Assembly (NCBI GenBank): GCA_965223345.1
Contig: CBDCWG010000001.1
Coordinates: 190,846 to 254,845, forward strand
DNA from: Nitrospinales bacterium
GTDB lineage: Bacteria > Nitrospinota > Nitrospinia > Nitrospinales > VA-1
Direction: 5' to 3'
DNA: 64,000 bases
Part shown: piece by piece, positions 22,826 through 32,359 of the stretch
Layout: each line of letters begins with the position of its first letter
Numbering within the stretch: position 1 is the stretch's first letter
Notes under the pieces: generated by a model
Told to the model about the DNA's origin: nothing
Database searches by the model: none
The model's input: the letters and a program-made list of their open reading frames with translations, nothing else
Program-made: the position numbers and the translations under genes

Positions 22826-24171
22826 GGCCCGGGCAGCGAGGCCAGCGTTTTTTCGAGGGAGACCGTCACCTTGGCGTCGAACAGCATGGCCGGGTCGCGG
22901 GATTGTTTGTAGGAGCGCAGCAGGATATCCAGGTCTTTATCCACCTTGCCCGAATAGCGCAGCTGTTTTTCCCCGGCGATGATCTTGTTGCCTTCCTCGC
23001 GCATCTCCTGAGTGGTGATCTTCACCGGGGCGTTGAAATCGACCATGTCCGAATTCAGGAACACCTCGAACTCGAGAATGTTTTTGCCCATCACCTGGAA
23101 TTCGTTGTCGCCTTTCTGCACCGCGAACAGCGTGGCGATCTTTCCGTCCCTGAGCTGCATGGGCTCCTTTTCCGGACCGGGGATCTGCAGCGCCGCAAGC
23201 TGCACGCCTTTGCTCAGCCGCACCCAGTAGACGCGGTCGAGGTGATTGGCCTCGCGCGTCATCCGCACCGTCTGCGGCAGCGGTTCGCGCTTTTGTTTTT
23301 TCATCCACGCCACCATCGGGGCGATCTCCTCGTCGGGCAGAAAATGCCCGCCGTGCGCCGCGCCGCGTTTGTCGTGTTCCCGGTAGATGACCGGGTATTT
23401 CATGTCCGTGAGGATCTTATGCACCCGCCGGGTGAGCTGAATGGGAAAAATCGGATCGTGCACGCCCTGCACGATGTACACCGGCGTGTTGCGCAGGTTG
23501 ACGAGAAAATGCATGTAGCGCGGCGTGATGGCGCTGGCGATGGGAATGATGCCGGCGAAATAGTCCGGATAGAACATGCCGATCATGTACGCGCCGATGG
23601 CGCCGTTGGACAGACCGGCGAGAAAGATCCGGTTGGTGTCCACCGGATAGGACGCCTGGACCTTCTGGATCAGGTTGAGCACCAGATCTTCAGCGGGCTG
23701 GGCCCACCACGCGCCCATCGGATAGGAGGGGCACAGCACGATGTATTCCTTCGCAAGCCGCTGCACCCAGGTTTCGACGATGTTGTCGCCGCTGCTTCCC
23801 GCTCCGTGCAGGACCACCGCCAGCGGATAGGTCTGCCCCGGCTGCATCGTTTCCGGAGCGTACAGCGCGTAGCCGTACTTTTTCGCGCCCTGTTCGATTT
23901 CCAGGCCCACTTGCAGTCCCGTGGCGGCAGTTTTGCGGGCAGAGTCGGCGCGCAGAATGGATTTGATCTGATCGTGCGACACGTTCATGCGCTTGAGCCG
24001 CTGGACCGCGCCGGTTTCCACATTCGGGTCGTCGGTCAACAGGAACAGATCCACATCCGCCTTGACCTTTGCCATGGAAAAATCCGCGGAGGGCTGCGTG
24101 TCCACACGGCCCCGGCCGCTGGCGCAGGCCATGCTGAGAATCAGGCATATCAGTATCAGAAAATGTCTCAT
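22822..24171 (-). CDS. Lipoprotein alpha/beta-hydrolase (esterase/peptidase-like)
   Basis: Lipobox LSMAC, LHGAG, nucleophile motif GLSNG, QGVHD, HGGH; ATGA-coupled to mutS2. Confidence 0.75.
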   Translation of the reverse strand: MRHFLILICLILSMACASGRGRVDTQPSADFSMAKVKADVDLFLLTDDPNVETGAVQRLKRMNVSHDQIKSILRADSARKTAATGLQVGLEIEQGAKKYGYALYAPETMQPGQTYPLAVVLHGAGSSGDNIVETWVQRLAKEYIVLCPSYPMGAWWAQPAEDLVLNLIQKVQASYPVDTNRIFLAGLSNGAIGAYMIGMFYPDYFAGIIPIASAITPRYMHFLVNLRNTPVYIVQGVHDPIFPIQLTRRVHKILTDMKYPVIYREHDKRGAAHGGHFLPDEEIAPMVAWMKKQKREPLPQTVRMTREANHLDRVYWVRLSKGVQLAALQIPGPEKEPMQLRDGKIATLFAVQKGDNEFQVMGKNILEFEVFLNSDMVDFNAPVKITTQEMREEGNKIIAGEKQLRYSGKVDKDLDILLRSYKQSRDPAMLFDAKVTVSLEKTLASLPGP

Positions 24172-24466
24172 CGCATCACCTTAAATGATATTGAAACCAT
24201 TGTAAAGTTTCTGCCCTCCGGAATAAAGGGGGAGGTTTTGCCGCGCAAAAATTTATGGACAGACGATGCAGAATATTGCATGATTTATAAAATTCTTGCT
24301 GCCTTTCAGCGTGAAGGGAATAAGACAACCCCACCCAACCCGCCTGGGAATTTCGTTCCCGTAACCCCTAAAAAATAAGCATAAGGCAAGCGAGGGACGA
24401 AAATCGCCGTTTTTGATCGACCGAGAGGCGGGGGCCCTTGAATTAACTATTTTTCAAAGAGTTAAT

Positions 24467-25285
24467 ATGAAAGCCATCCAGAACCTCACCGCACGCAAAC
24501 CCTTTCATCCCGGTAATCTGATTCTTGGCAACGGCAAGGAGGTGATGAGCGAACCTCCCGGATTCCATCTGCTGTTTCGATGCCGCAAAAACGGTCACGA
24601 TTTTCTCGGGCAGATCCAATTGCCCTCAGACGGCATGACCCTGAAGCTCGAAATGTTCAACAAGCATTACTTCACGCTGTTTGAAGAACCCGAAGAAACC
24701 ATCCTCGATTCCCTGGAAGCGGTCCTACTCAAAAAAATCGCCGCCTTCGAGCGGGTCCCGGAAGCCTACCGCAGCGCGGCCAAAGGGCTGCTGGATGAGA
24801 GGAAAAAACATCCCCAACCCGCAGAGCAGGCCGAAGACGCCCCCGCCGACGCGCAGGAAAAGGACATCACCGCGATTTTCGATCGCCTGAATGCAGAGTA
24901 TTTCAACGGCAGGATCGAGGCCACGGTGGAGTGGGGGCGGGATTCCAAAACCAAAAACCGCAGCTCGTTCCGCTTCGGTTCCTACGACGCCTCCAAAAAG
25001 CGCATCCGCCTGCACCCGCGGCTCGATCAGGATTTCGTGCCGCAGTGCGTTCTGGAATTGACCCTGTATCACGAGATGTGCCACCAGTGGGTGCCGCCCG
25101 TGAAGCGCAACGGCGTGTGGCAGGACCACTCTCCGGAATTCAAGAAAAAGGAGAAGGAGTACAAGTTCTACAAGGAAGCCAAAAAGTGGGAAAAACTCAA
25201 TTGGGTGAAATTCCTCGCGCCCGTGAAGGAAGACGCGCCGGAGGAGAAGCAGGAGCCGGCGGTTCCCGAAACCCAGGAGGCGTGA
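24467..25285 (+). CDS. SprT-like zinc metalloprotease with N-terminal extension
   Basis: FDRLNAEYF, FGSY, HEMCH, DHSPEF. Confidence 0.78.
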   Translation: MKAIQNLTARKPFHPGNLILGNGKEVMSEPPGFHLLFRCRKNGHDFLGQIQLPSDGMTLKLEMFNKHYFTLFEEPEETILDSLEAVLLKKIAAFERVPEAYRSAAKGLLDERKKHPQPAEQAEDAPADAQEKDITAIFDRLNAEYFNGRIEATVEWGRDSKTKNRSSFRFGSYDASKKRIRLHPRLDQDFVPQCVLELTLYHEMCHQWVPPVKRNGVWQDHSPEFKKKEKEYKFYKEAKKWEKLNWVKFLAPVKEDAPEEKQEPAVPETQEA

Positions 25286-25306
25286 TGCGGGGGGCCCGCC
25301 TCGCCG

Positions 25307-27727
25307 TCAGGTATCGAAGGGAAAGGTGATGGTGAAGGTGGTGCCTTCACCCACTTGCGAGTCCACGGCGATGTGGCCGCCGTATTTTTCCACCAGCCGG
25401 TGCACGATATTGAGCCCAAGGCCGGTTCCCTTGCCCTGTTCCTTGGTGGTGAAGAACGGATCGAACACTTTCGACAGGTAGTCCTGCGGAATGCCGGGGC
25501 CCGTATCGCGGATCACCGTCACGATGTAGCCGTTGACCGGCTGCGAGGTGATCTCGAGTTTTCCCTTCCCCTCCATCGCCTGCACTGCATTGGCGATGAT
25601 GTTGACGAAGATCTGCTGGATTTCCTCGGGCTTCGCCTGGATGAGCGGCAGCTCCGCATAGTTTTTTTCCAGCACGATGTCGTCCGAGTACGAGGCCAGA
25701 AGCGCCATCTCCACCGAGGCGTCGAGCCGCTCGTTCACATTGACATCCTGCAGCGAGTCGTTGACGCTGGAGCGCGAATACCCCGCAAGATTGAGGATGA
25801 TCGAGGCCATGTGCTTGGCCCGGTCCAGAACCTTCTCCGCGTAGCTCTTGACCTTGGAGGGTTCCTTTTCTTCCAGGATCGCCTCCGTGAATCCCATGAT
25901 CGAATACAGGGGATTGTTCATCTCGTGCGCGATCCCCGCGGCCAGGGTGCCCAGCCCCGATAATTTTTCCGCCATCGTCAGTTGATCCTGCAGAGCTTTT
26001 TCCTCACTGATCTCCTTCATCAGCAATCCGATGCGCTGCCTGTCCTCGATCGAGAGCGCCACGTCGAAGAACTGGTAGGCGAACGTGCGCGAACCCAGCG
26101 TCAGGATGGAAGCGGAATGTGAGGACAGGGCCGGCTGCTGCGGCGCCAGCGGGTCCCGCGGAACGCCCCGGTTCGGGGAAGCGGGCCCCGATGAAGCTTG
26201 TTCCCGGTTGCCGTTGTCGCAATAGGCTTTCAACTCCGGCAGCGTGCCGAGCCACGCCTCCTTGAATTCTAGATCGACCGCCTCCAGCGGTTTGTCGATC
26301 ACGTCATCGCCGCGCTTGCCGGTGAGCGTTTCGAAAGCGGAATTGACGTATTCGATTTTCAATTCGTCGTTGAAGATGACCAGGATATCGGGAACGCTCA
26401 TCAGGATGCTTTCGGTGTATTCCTGCAGGAAGCGCACCTCCTTGGTTTTCTCGCGCACTTTCTCTTCCAGGCCGTAGAAGGATTTTTTCAGCATCGCGTT
26501 CATCGAGTTGATCTCTTTGGCGAGCGACTCGATTTCATCCCCGGTGGGGATGTTCAGAGGCTCGACCTCTTCGCCCCGGCCGATGCGCGCGGCCACGTTC
26601 TGCACCTGGCGGATCGGTTTCACGATGCGGTTGGATGCGAGCGACCCCATGATCACGATCAGCAGAATCGAAATGAAGCCCGCCGTCGAAATCCAGAGAA
26701 ACAGTTTTTCCATCGGCGCGAACAACTCTTCCGACGACTGCCAGGCAAAGGTGTACCAGGTGTCGCCGGTGGACTTGATCTTGTAAACGTTCGTCTCATC
26801 GAGCGGGGAAAAGCCGATGATCGACAGCTCCTTGCTGCCGTGCCCGTCTCCCTGCGTGAGCGCCCAGCTCGCCTCGGGCTTAGTGACGCTCTGCACCAGT
26901 TCGGGGTCCGCCAGTTGGAATCCGGTGGGCAGGATGGGGCAGTCGATCACCACGCCCTTGGAATCGATCAGCATCACATGCCCCGTATCGCCGAACAGGA
27001 TGGGCTCGATCAGATGCGAGAAAAATTCCTTGGCCCGGTAGACCCGGTAGAACACACCCGCGATGGAACCGTCGTGATCGTGAATTGGCAGCGAAAGCAG
27101 AAACCCGTGCTGTTCGATTTCCGGGATGTCAAAAAGGGGGCCGATGTAGGCGAAGCCTGCGCCGCCCGAAAACGGTTTGGAAAATTCCGGCAGGTGCCCG
27201 TAGAGATAATCGGGAAAATGATTGATGCTCGACAGCAGAACGCCGCGCGCATCCGTGATGAAAATGGCGTGCGTGGTGCGGTTGGAAATCGTGTCTCTTT
27301 TTAAAAAGCTCCGCAGCACCCGGCTGCCGTTGTTGTTCAGGATGTGATCCATGCTGGGATCTTTTTTCGCCCACAGGTCCGCCTGTTCCGCAAACAGTTC
27401 TTCAAACCGGTCGGGCTCCAGGTCCCAGGTGATCTGGCTGTGTGCGCGCGCTTTTAAAAGCAGGGTGGGGTGCGTGGTGAGGCGGATGTCTTTTTCGATT
27501 TCCTCTTTCATGATGAAATCGAGCTTGGTCGAAGTCTCGTAAGCCAGCGCCTGAAAACTCGAACCCATCACGTTCTGCAGCGACTTGTTGCCCTGCACAT
27601 AAGACAGTCCCATGGCCAGCAGCAAGGGCAGGGTCCCCACCGCGATCATGGTGAGGATCAATTTGTTTTTCAATCCCTTCTTGGGAGCGGGATGCAAAGG
27701 CGCGCCCGCGGATTTTTGTTCGTTCAT
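25307..27727 (-). CDS. Sensor histidine kinase (TM-Cache-TM-HAMP-PAS-HisKA-HATPase)
   Basis: H-box AHEMNNPL, N-box NAVQA, DTGPG, FDPFFTTK, GTGLGL; HAMP TGDEIESLA; start estimated at MNEQKS. Confidence 0.92.
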   Translation of the reverse strand: MNEQKSAGAPLHPAPKKGLKNKLILTMIAVGTLPLLLAMGLSYVQGNKSLQNVMGSSFQALAYETSTKLDFIMKEEIEKDIRLTTHPTLLLKARAHSQITWDLEPDRFEELFAEQADLWAKKDPSMDHILNNNGSRVLRSFLKRDTISNRTTHAIFITDARGVLLSSINHFPDYLYGHLPEFSKPFSGGAGFAYIGPLFDIPEIEQHGFLLSLPIHDHDGSIAGVFYRVYRAKEFFSHLIEPILFGDTGHVMLIDSKGVVIDCPILPTGFQLADPELVQSVTKPEASWALTQGDGHGSKELSIIGFSPLDETNVYKIKSTGDTWYTFAWQSSEELFAPMEKLFLWISTAGFISILLIVIMGSLASNRIVKPIRQVQNVAARIGRGEEVEPLNIPTGDEIESLAKEINSMNAMLKKSFYGLEEKVREKTKEVRFLQEYTESILMSVPDILVIFNDELKIEYVNSAFETLTGKRGDDVIDKPLEAVDLEFKEAWLGTLPELKAYCDNGNREQASSGPASPNRGVPRDPLAPQQPALSSHSASILTLGSRTFAYQFFDVALSIEDRQRIGLLMKEISEEKALQDQLTMAEKLSGLGTLAAGIAHEMNNPLYSIMGFTEAILEEKEPSKVKSYAEKVLDRAKHMASIILNLAGYSRSSVNDSLQDVNVNERLDASVEMALLASYSDDIVLEKNYAELPLIQAKPEEIQQIFVNIIANAVQAMEGKGKLEITSQPVNGYIVTVIRDTGPGIPQDYLSKVFDPFFTTKEQGKGTGLGLNIVHRLVEKYGGHIAVDSQVGEGTTFTITFPFDT

Positions 27728-28059
27728 GACCGGCCTGTCCCAGAGATCGCACATCGAATCGGATGGCTGCACCGATGCCGCTCCGGCAAAACCCTTGAAA
27801 TACCCCTTGACAGGTTTTGGGCGCGGACCTAGCTTTAGAGGACCATCCAAATCAATGATAGGCATGGTGCCTTGATTTCGCAACCTTTTGTGATTCGGGC
27901 TTTCAGGAAGGAGACGGTGGGCGGGTTCAAAAGCCTCGTGGGAGTAAAACCGGCGGGAGGGGGGTCGCCGCTCAAGGAACGATCCGCATGCCAGCGCCTT
28001 GCCCTGGCAGGATCATCAGGCGTTTCGTGAGTTTGACATTTCTGAAAGGGAGTCGAAAA

Positions 28060-28455
28060 ATGATTACAGGAAAAATACTGATCGTTGACGACGAGCAGGA
28101 TGTGAGAGACGTGATCCGGGTGCATCTCAATAAGGAAGGGTTTTTCACACTGGAAGCGGAAAACGGAGAGCAGGCCATCGACGTCCTGCGCGAGGGAGAC
28201 AACATGATCAACGTCGGGGTGATCCTGTGCGACATCCGCATGCCCAAAGTGAACGGCATCGAATGCATCGATTTTCTCCGGAAAGAGGCTCCCGGAATTC
28301 CCATCGTGGTGGTGACTGGTTATCCCGACACCGAGATGGCCACCTCGCTCATGAAAAAAGGCGTCAAGGAGTACCTGGTCAAACCGGTGGAACGCGAAAA
28401 GCTTGTGGATACCGTCCGCCGCCTGATAAAAGCCGGTAAAGAGATCGAGTTTTAG
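28060..28455 (+). CDS. Single-domain response regulator
   Basis: ILIVDDE, CDIRMP, VTGY, YLVKP. Confidence 0.93.
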   Translation: MITGKILIVDDEQDVRDVIRVHLNKEGFFTLEAENGEQAIDVLREGDNMINVGVILCDIRMPKVNGIECIDFLRKEAPGIPIVVVTGYPDTEMATSLMKKGVKEYLVKPVEREKLVDTVRRLIKAGKEIEF

Positions 28456-28514
28456 ATCCGGGGTGAAAAGGCCGGAGAATCCGCCCGTTTTCGCAAAACG
28501 CTCCAAAGGAGCAG

Positions 28515-28556
28515 AAAGGCTTTGCAACCGTTTCGGATTGCAAAGCCTTTTTTTTT
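28515..28556 (+). terminator. Rho-independent terminator after response regulator
   Basis: AAAGGCTTTGCAA...TTGCAAAGCCTTT followed by T-tract. Confidence 0.85.
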
Positions 28557-28566
28557 GGTCTAAATT
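28538..28566 (+). promoter_or_regulatory. Candidate promoter for the PII-yggS-proC operon, overlapping the terminator
   Basis: TTGCAA-17-TAAATT, 11 nt before the ATG. Confidence 0.5.
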
Positions 28567-28577
28567 GATGCCCAGTT

Positions 28578-28916
28578 ATGAAAATGATCAAATGTTACAT
28601 TCGCTATGAAAAACTGGAAGAGGTGAGGGAGAAACTTTTCCAACTGGGTGTGCCCGGCCTTTCCGTGCTGGATGTGAAGGGAATCGGCAAGCCGATGAGC
28701 CAGTTGAAGTCCGAGGTCGATTCCAAGATCCCGCAGTTTCATCCCCGCGTCGAGATCACGGTCGTGCTGGAAGACGGGGCCGTGGAGGAAGTGATCCAGA
28801 CCCTGGTCAAGACCGTCCAGACCGGTTCCCTGGGCGACGGCAAAATCTTCGTGCTCCCGGTGGAGGAAGCCGTACGCATTCGAACGGGAGAGAGGGGCGA
28901 GCAAGCGCTTTATTGA
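28578..28916 (+). CDS. PII-family signal transduction protein, non-canonical T-loop
   Basis: 112 aa; B-loop TGSLGDGKIF and C-loop RIRTG intact; T-loop divergent. Confidence 0.92.
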   Translation: MKMIKCYIRYEKLEEVREKLFQLGVPGLSVLDVKGIGKPMSQLKSEVDSKIPQFHPRVEITVVLEDGAVEEVIQTLVKTVQTGSLGDGKIFVLPVEEAVRIRTGERGEQALY

Positions 28917-29602
28917 TTGCAGACAACCTCAAAGCCGTGCAGCAGCGAATCGAGGCCGCCGCCCGCAAAGCCGGCCGCCCTCCGGAAACCGTGCATCTGG
29001 TCGTCGTCAGCAAAACCCGGTCTGTGGATGAGATCCTGGAAGCCCACAACGCGGGAGCGGAATTTTTCGGCGAGAACCGGGTGCAGGAAGCCTGCGACAA
29101 AATCGACCGGCTCGCTGACGAACGCATACGCTGGCACTTCATCGGGCATCTGCAGAAAAACAAGGTCAAGCGCATCGTCGGCCGCACGGAATGCATCCAT
29201 TCCGTGGACAGCGTTTCCCTCGCCGAGTCCATTTCCGAGAAAAGTGTCGAAGCGGGACGGGTCACGCCGATCCTGATCCAGGTCAACATTTCCGGCGAAG
29301 CCTCAAAATCCGGCATTGCGCCCGAATCCCTGGAAGACACCTTAAGGCAAGTGAGCGGGTTTCCCGGCGTGCGCGTGCAGGGCCTGATGACGATCCCGCC
29401 GCTGAATCCCGACCCGGAACAGTCGCGGCCCTTTTTCGCCCGCCTCAGGCAGCTGCGGGACGACGCCGTCCGGATGCAGATCCCCGGCGTGTCGCTCGCG
29501 GAGCTCTCGATGGGCATGTCCAGCGATTTCGAAGTGGCCATCGAGGAGGGCGCGACCTGGGTGCGCGTGGGAACCGCCGTCTTCGGCGAACGCCCCGAAT
29601 GA
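28913..29602 (+). CDS. yggS: PLP homeostasis protein YggS/PLPBP
   Basis: VSKT, FGENRVQE, HFIGHLQKNK, GLMTIP, LSMGMSSD, VRVGTAVFG. Confidence 0.96.
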   Translation: MIADNLKAVQQRIEAAARKAGRPPETVHLVVVSKTRSVDEILEAHNAGAEFFGENRVQEACDKIDRLADERIRWHFIGHLQKNKVKRIVGRTECIHSVDSVSLAESISEKSVEAGRVTPILIQVNISGEASKSGIAPESLEDTLRQVSGFPGVRVQGLMTIPPLNPDPEQSRPFFARLRQLRDDAVRMQIPGVSLAELSMGMSSDFEVAIEEGATWVRVGTAVFGERPE

Positions 29603-29677
29603 TTTGACGCGGCGACGCGTGCCGCCCGCCCGCAAAGCGGCGGGATGGAAGACGAACACGATCAGGAGAAACCATCT

Positions 29678-30577
29678 GTGCTGACGAGTAAAAAACTGGG
29701 CTTCATCGGCGGCGGCAACATGGCCGAAGCCATGATCAAAGGGCTGCTCTCCGCCTCGTTCATCGAAGCGAAGAACATCCTGGTGGCCGATCCTTTGGGC
29801 AGCCGCCTGGATTACCTGCGCTCCGAGTACCGCGTGCGCGTGACCGAGGACAACCGCGAGCTGGCGCAGAAAAGCGACATCCTCATACTGGCGGTCAAGC
29901 CGCAGGTCGCGCAGAGCGTGCTGGAAAACATCGGTGAGCTGGTGGACAACAAAAAGCTGCTGGTTTCCATCGCCGCCGGCGTCACCATGCGCAACATGGA
30001 AGAAGCGCTGGCGAAGAGCAATCCCAAGACCCGTTTCTGCATCGTGCGCACCATGCCCAACACCCCGGCGCTGGTGCAGGAAGGCGTGACGGCCATCGCC
30101 TCGGGCAAGAACGTCTCCAAGATGGACGTCAAGATCGCCCACCGCCTGTTCGAGGCCATCGGCAGCACCGTCGATGTGGACGAGATGCAGCTCGACGCCG
30201 TTACCGGTCTGTCCGGCAGCGGCCCGGCGTACATCTTCATGATCATCGAAGCCCTGTCCGACGCGGGTGTCAAAATGGGCCTGTCGCGCCGGGTGGCGAA
30301 CATCCTCACTATCCAGACCGTGCTCGGGTCCGCCAAGCTGGCGCGCGAAAGCGGCAAGCACCCCGGCGAGCTCAAGGACATGGTCACCTCACCCGGCGGC
30401 ACCTCGATCTCCGGACTGCACACCCTGGAAGCCGGCGGCCTGCGCACCACGCTGATGAACGCCGTCGAAGACGCCACCCGCCGCTCGCTCGATCTGGGCA
30501 AACAGCCGCAGAACCATCACCGCAGCGAGGAGTCCCCCGAGAGCGATCCCGGCAAGGACAGTCCTAAGGATGTGTGA
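29678..30577 (+). CDS. proC: Pyrroline-5-carboxylate reductase
   Basis: GFIGGGNMA, AVKPQ, RTMPNTP, SGSGPAY, VTSPGGT; GTG start with AGGAG SD (alternative ATG at 29645). Confidence 0.96.
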   Translation: MLTSKKLGFIGGGNMAEAMIKGLLSASFIEAKNILVADPLGSRLDYLRSEYRVRVTEDNRELAQKSDILILAVKPQVAQSVLENIGELVDNKKLLVSIAAGVTMRNMEEALAKSNPKTRFCIVRTMPNTPALVQEGVTAIASGKNVSKMDVKIAHRLFEAIGSTVDVDEMQLDAVTGLSGSGPAYIFMIIEALSDAGVKMGLSRRVANILTIQTVLGSAKLARESGKHPGELKDMVTSPGGTSISGLHTLEAGGLRTTLMNAVEDATRRSLDLGKQPQNHHRSEESPESDPGKDSPKDV

Positions 30578-30597
30578 GTGAGGTAAGACCTGTTTAA

Positions 30598-31089
30598 TTA
30601 GGGTCCGTTCATGCTAAGTCTGCTGAATTCGCCACTATCCGGATCATAAACGATTCCCCAAAATGGCTCACCCCCATCACAAAATATGACTGCGTAGAGA
30701 CTTCGATCGCCCCGAGTGTGCTCGTCCTCTGGATAGAAATTTCCATAAATCAGTCGCTTGCCTTTCTCGTAGAATCCGACATATTGGCTTAAGTAAATTT
30801 CGTCTGTTGGAGGGTGTCTTTCTTCAGCATTCCGGAATTTTTCGAGGAAGATATAGAGACGTGTTTCAAGTTCCTTGATTTGAATTTTGTCAGGCTTCCA
30901 GAAAAGCCCTTTTTCAGGAATTGGAGCGCTCCTTGAGCACTGATCAAAAAGCTTGGATGCTTGGGTGGGGTCGAGTAGGTGCGCTCCATCCTTCGCCAAC
31001 ATATATTGGGAAGTTTTTCCTGTTTGGGCGGAGACAAAGACCAAGCATAGGAGCCAAATAATAGCGAGAACGGGGGCAGCTGTTTTCAC
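30598..31089 (-). CDS. Secreted hypothetical protein, lower GC than flanks
   Basis: Signal peptide, QCSR and YLSQYVG...CDGG..FW motifs; GTGA overlap with upstream ORF. Confidence 0.7.
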   Translation of the reverse strand: MKTAAPVLAIIWLLCLVFVSAQTGKTSQYMLAKDGAHLLDPTQASKLFDQCSRSAPIPEKGLFWKPDKIQIKELETRLYIFLEKFRNAEERHPPTDEIYLSQYVGFYEKGKRLIYGNFYPEDEHTRGDRSLYAVIFCDGGEPFWGIVYDPDSGEFSRLSMNGP

Positions 31090-31319
31090 TTGGAGCGGAA
31101 TTTTTCCCATTCGCCCCAGGCGACGATCGCAAAACCGATGAACAACAGCCAGGTGGGATGCAGCACGTGTTCCGGTTTGGTGAAGTACAGGATGAACATG
31201 ATCGCCACGCCGCTCATCGTGACGGTCAGCCCGGTGTAGACCGCGGCCAAACCCTTGGCGAAGCGGTCCGGGTCTTTCAGTTCTTTGCGGATTTCCGGTC
31301 TCAGCTCAACTTTCCACAT
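31086..31319 (-). CDS. Small two-TM membrane protein (77 aa)
   Basis: Two hydrophobic helices; host-like codon usage. Confidence 0.7.
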   Translation of the reverse strand: MWKVELRPEIRKELKDPDRFAKGLAAVYTGLTVTMSGVAIMFILYFTKPEHVLHPTWLLFIGFAIVAWGEWEKFRSK

Positions 31320-31376
31320 TTTTCACTCGATCGATTTAGATTTCCGATAGGAGACCTTTGCCTAAGTCGTCATCTT

Positions 31377-31436
31377 TGTCATGCTGAGCCTGTCGAAGCA
31401 TGACTCTGTGCACCCTTCGACAAGCTCAGGGTGACA
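31377..31436. repeat. REP-like extragenic palindrome
   Basis: TGTCATGCTGAGCCTGTCGAAG...CTTCGACAAGCTCAGGGTGACA imperfect inverted repeat just after the larE stop. Confidence 0.75.
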
Positions 31437-31438
31437 TT

Positions 31439-32260
31439 TCAACCCTTCGTCGTTTTAGTGAGCGCCTCGTTCAGCCGTCCCGAACGAAAGCCCTCCGGAT
31501 CGAGGACGATGTCGCGAAAGCCGATTTCCTGAAAACGCCGCCGCACGGTTTCCTGAATCGAACCGGTGAGAAACCGCGGGATGGCTTCCTTCTCCAGTTC
31601 GATGCGCGCCACATCGCCCAGATGCCGCACCCTGAGCTGGGAAAAATCCAGCGACAGCAGAAAATCCTCCGCCCGCTCGATCATCAAGAGCTTTTCCTCC
31701 GAGATCAGTTCGCCGTACGGCACTCTTGAGGAAAGACAGGGCATGGCGGGTTTTTCCCAGTTGGAAAGGCCCAGCTCCCGCGCCAGCTGCCGCACCTCCT
31801 GCTTGCTCAAATCCGCGTCCGCCAGCGGGCTGACCACCCCCGCTTCCTGTGCCGCGCCGATGCCGGGCCGGTGATCGCCCAGGTCGTCGCGGTTGATGCC
31901 GTTCGCCACGTACGCGAAGCCTCTCTCGGCGGCCACCGCCAGCAGCTTGCCGTACAACTCGGATTTGCAGTAATAGCAGCGGTTGGCCGGGTTTTCCCGG
32001 TAGCGGGCATCGGTGATTTCTGCGGTTGGCACGATTCGATGTTCGACGCCGATCTCATCGGCCAGCCGGCGGCTCACCGCCAGTTCGCGCGCGGCGACGC
32101 TGGGGGACTGCGCGGTGACGGCCAGCGTCCGGTCTCCCAGAACCGCTTTGCACAGCGCCAGCACCAGCGTGCTGTCCACCCCGCCGGAAAACGCCACCAC
32201 CACGCTTTTAAGGTCGCGGATCGAGGCGCGCAGGCGGTCGTGTTTTTGAGCGAGCGTCAT
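31439..32260 (-). CDS. larE: LarE-family ATP-dependent sulfur transferase
   Basis: PP-loop AFSGGVDS, NRCYYCK, DHRPG, PCLSSRVPYG; start refined to MTLAQK. Confidence 0.92.
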   Translation of the reverse strand: MTLAQKHDRLRASIRDLKSVVVAFSGGVDSTLVLALCKAVLGDRTLAVTAQSPSVAARELAVSRRLADEIGVEHRIVPTAEITDARYRENPANRCYYCKSELYGKLLAVAAERGFAYVANGINRDDLGDHRPGIGAAQEAGVVSPLADADLSKQEVRQLARELGLSNWEKPAMPCLSSRVPYGELISEEKLLMIERAEDFLLSLDFSQLRVRHLGDVARIELEKEAIPRFLTGSIQETVRRRFQEIGFRDIVLDPEGFRSGRLNEALTKTTKG

Positions 32261-32318
32261 GGTGGCACGTTCATGCGATTGAATGAAAAGAAAAACAGGG
32301 TAGCACAAAGAGGGGAGG

Positions 32319-32359
32319 AAAAAAATATCCGGAGGCGGCCTGGCGACCACCTCCGGAAT
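32319..32359 (-). terminator. Hairpin/terminator between moaA and larE
   Basis: TCCGGAGG...CCTCCGGA stem followed by TATTTTTTT on minus strand. Confidence 0.55.
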
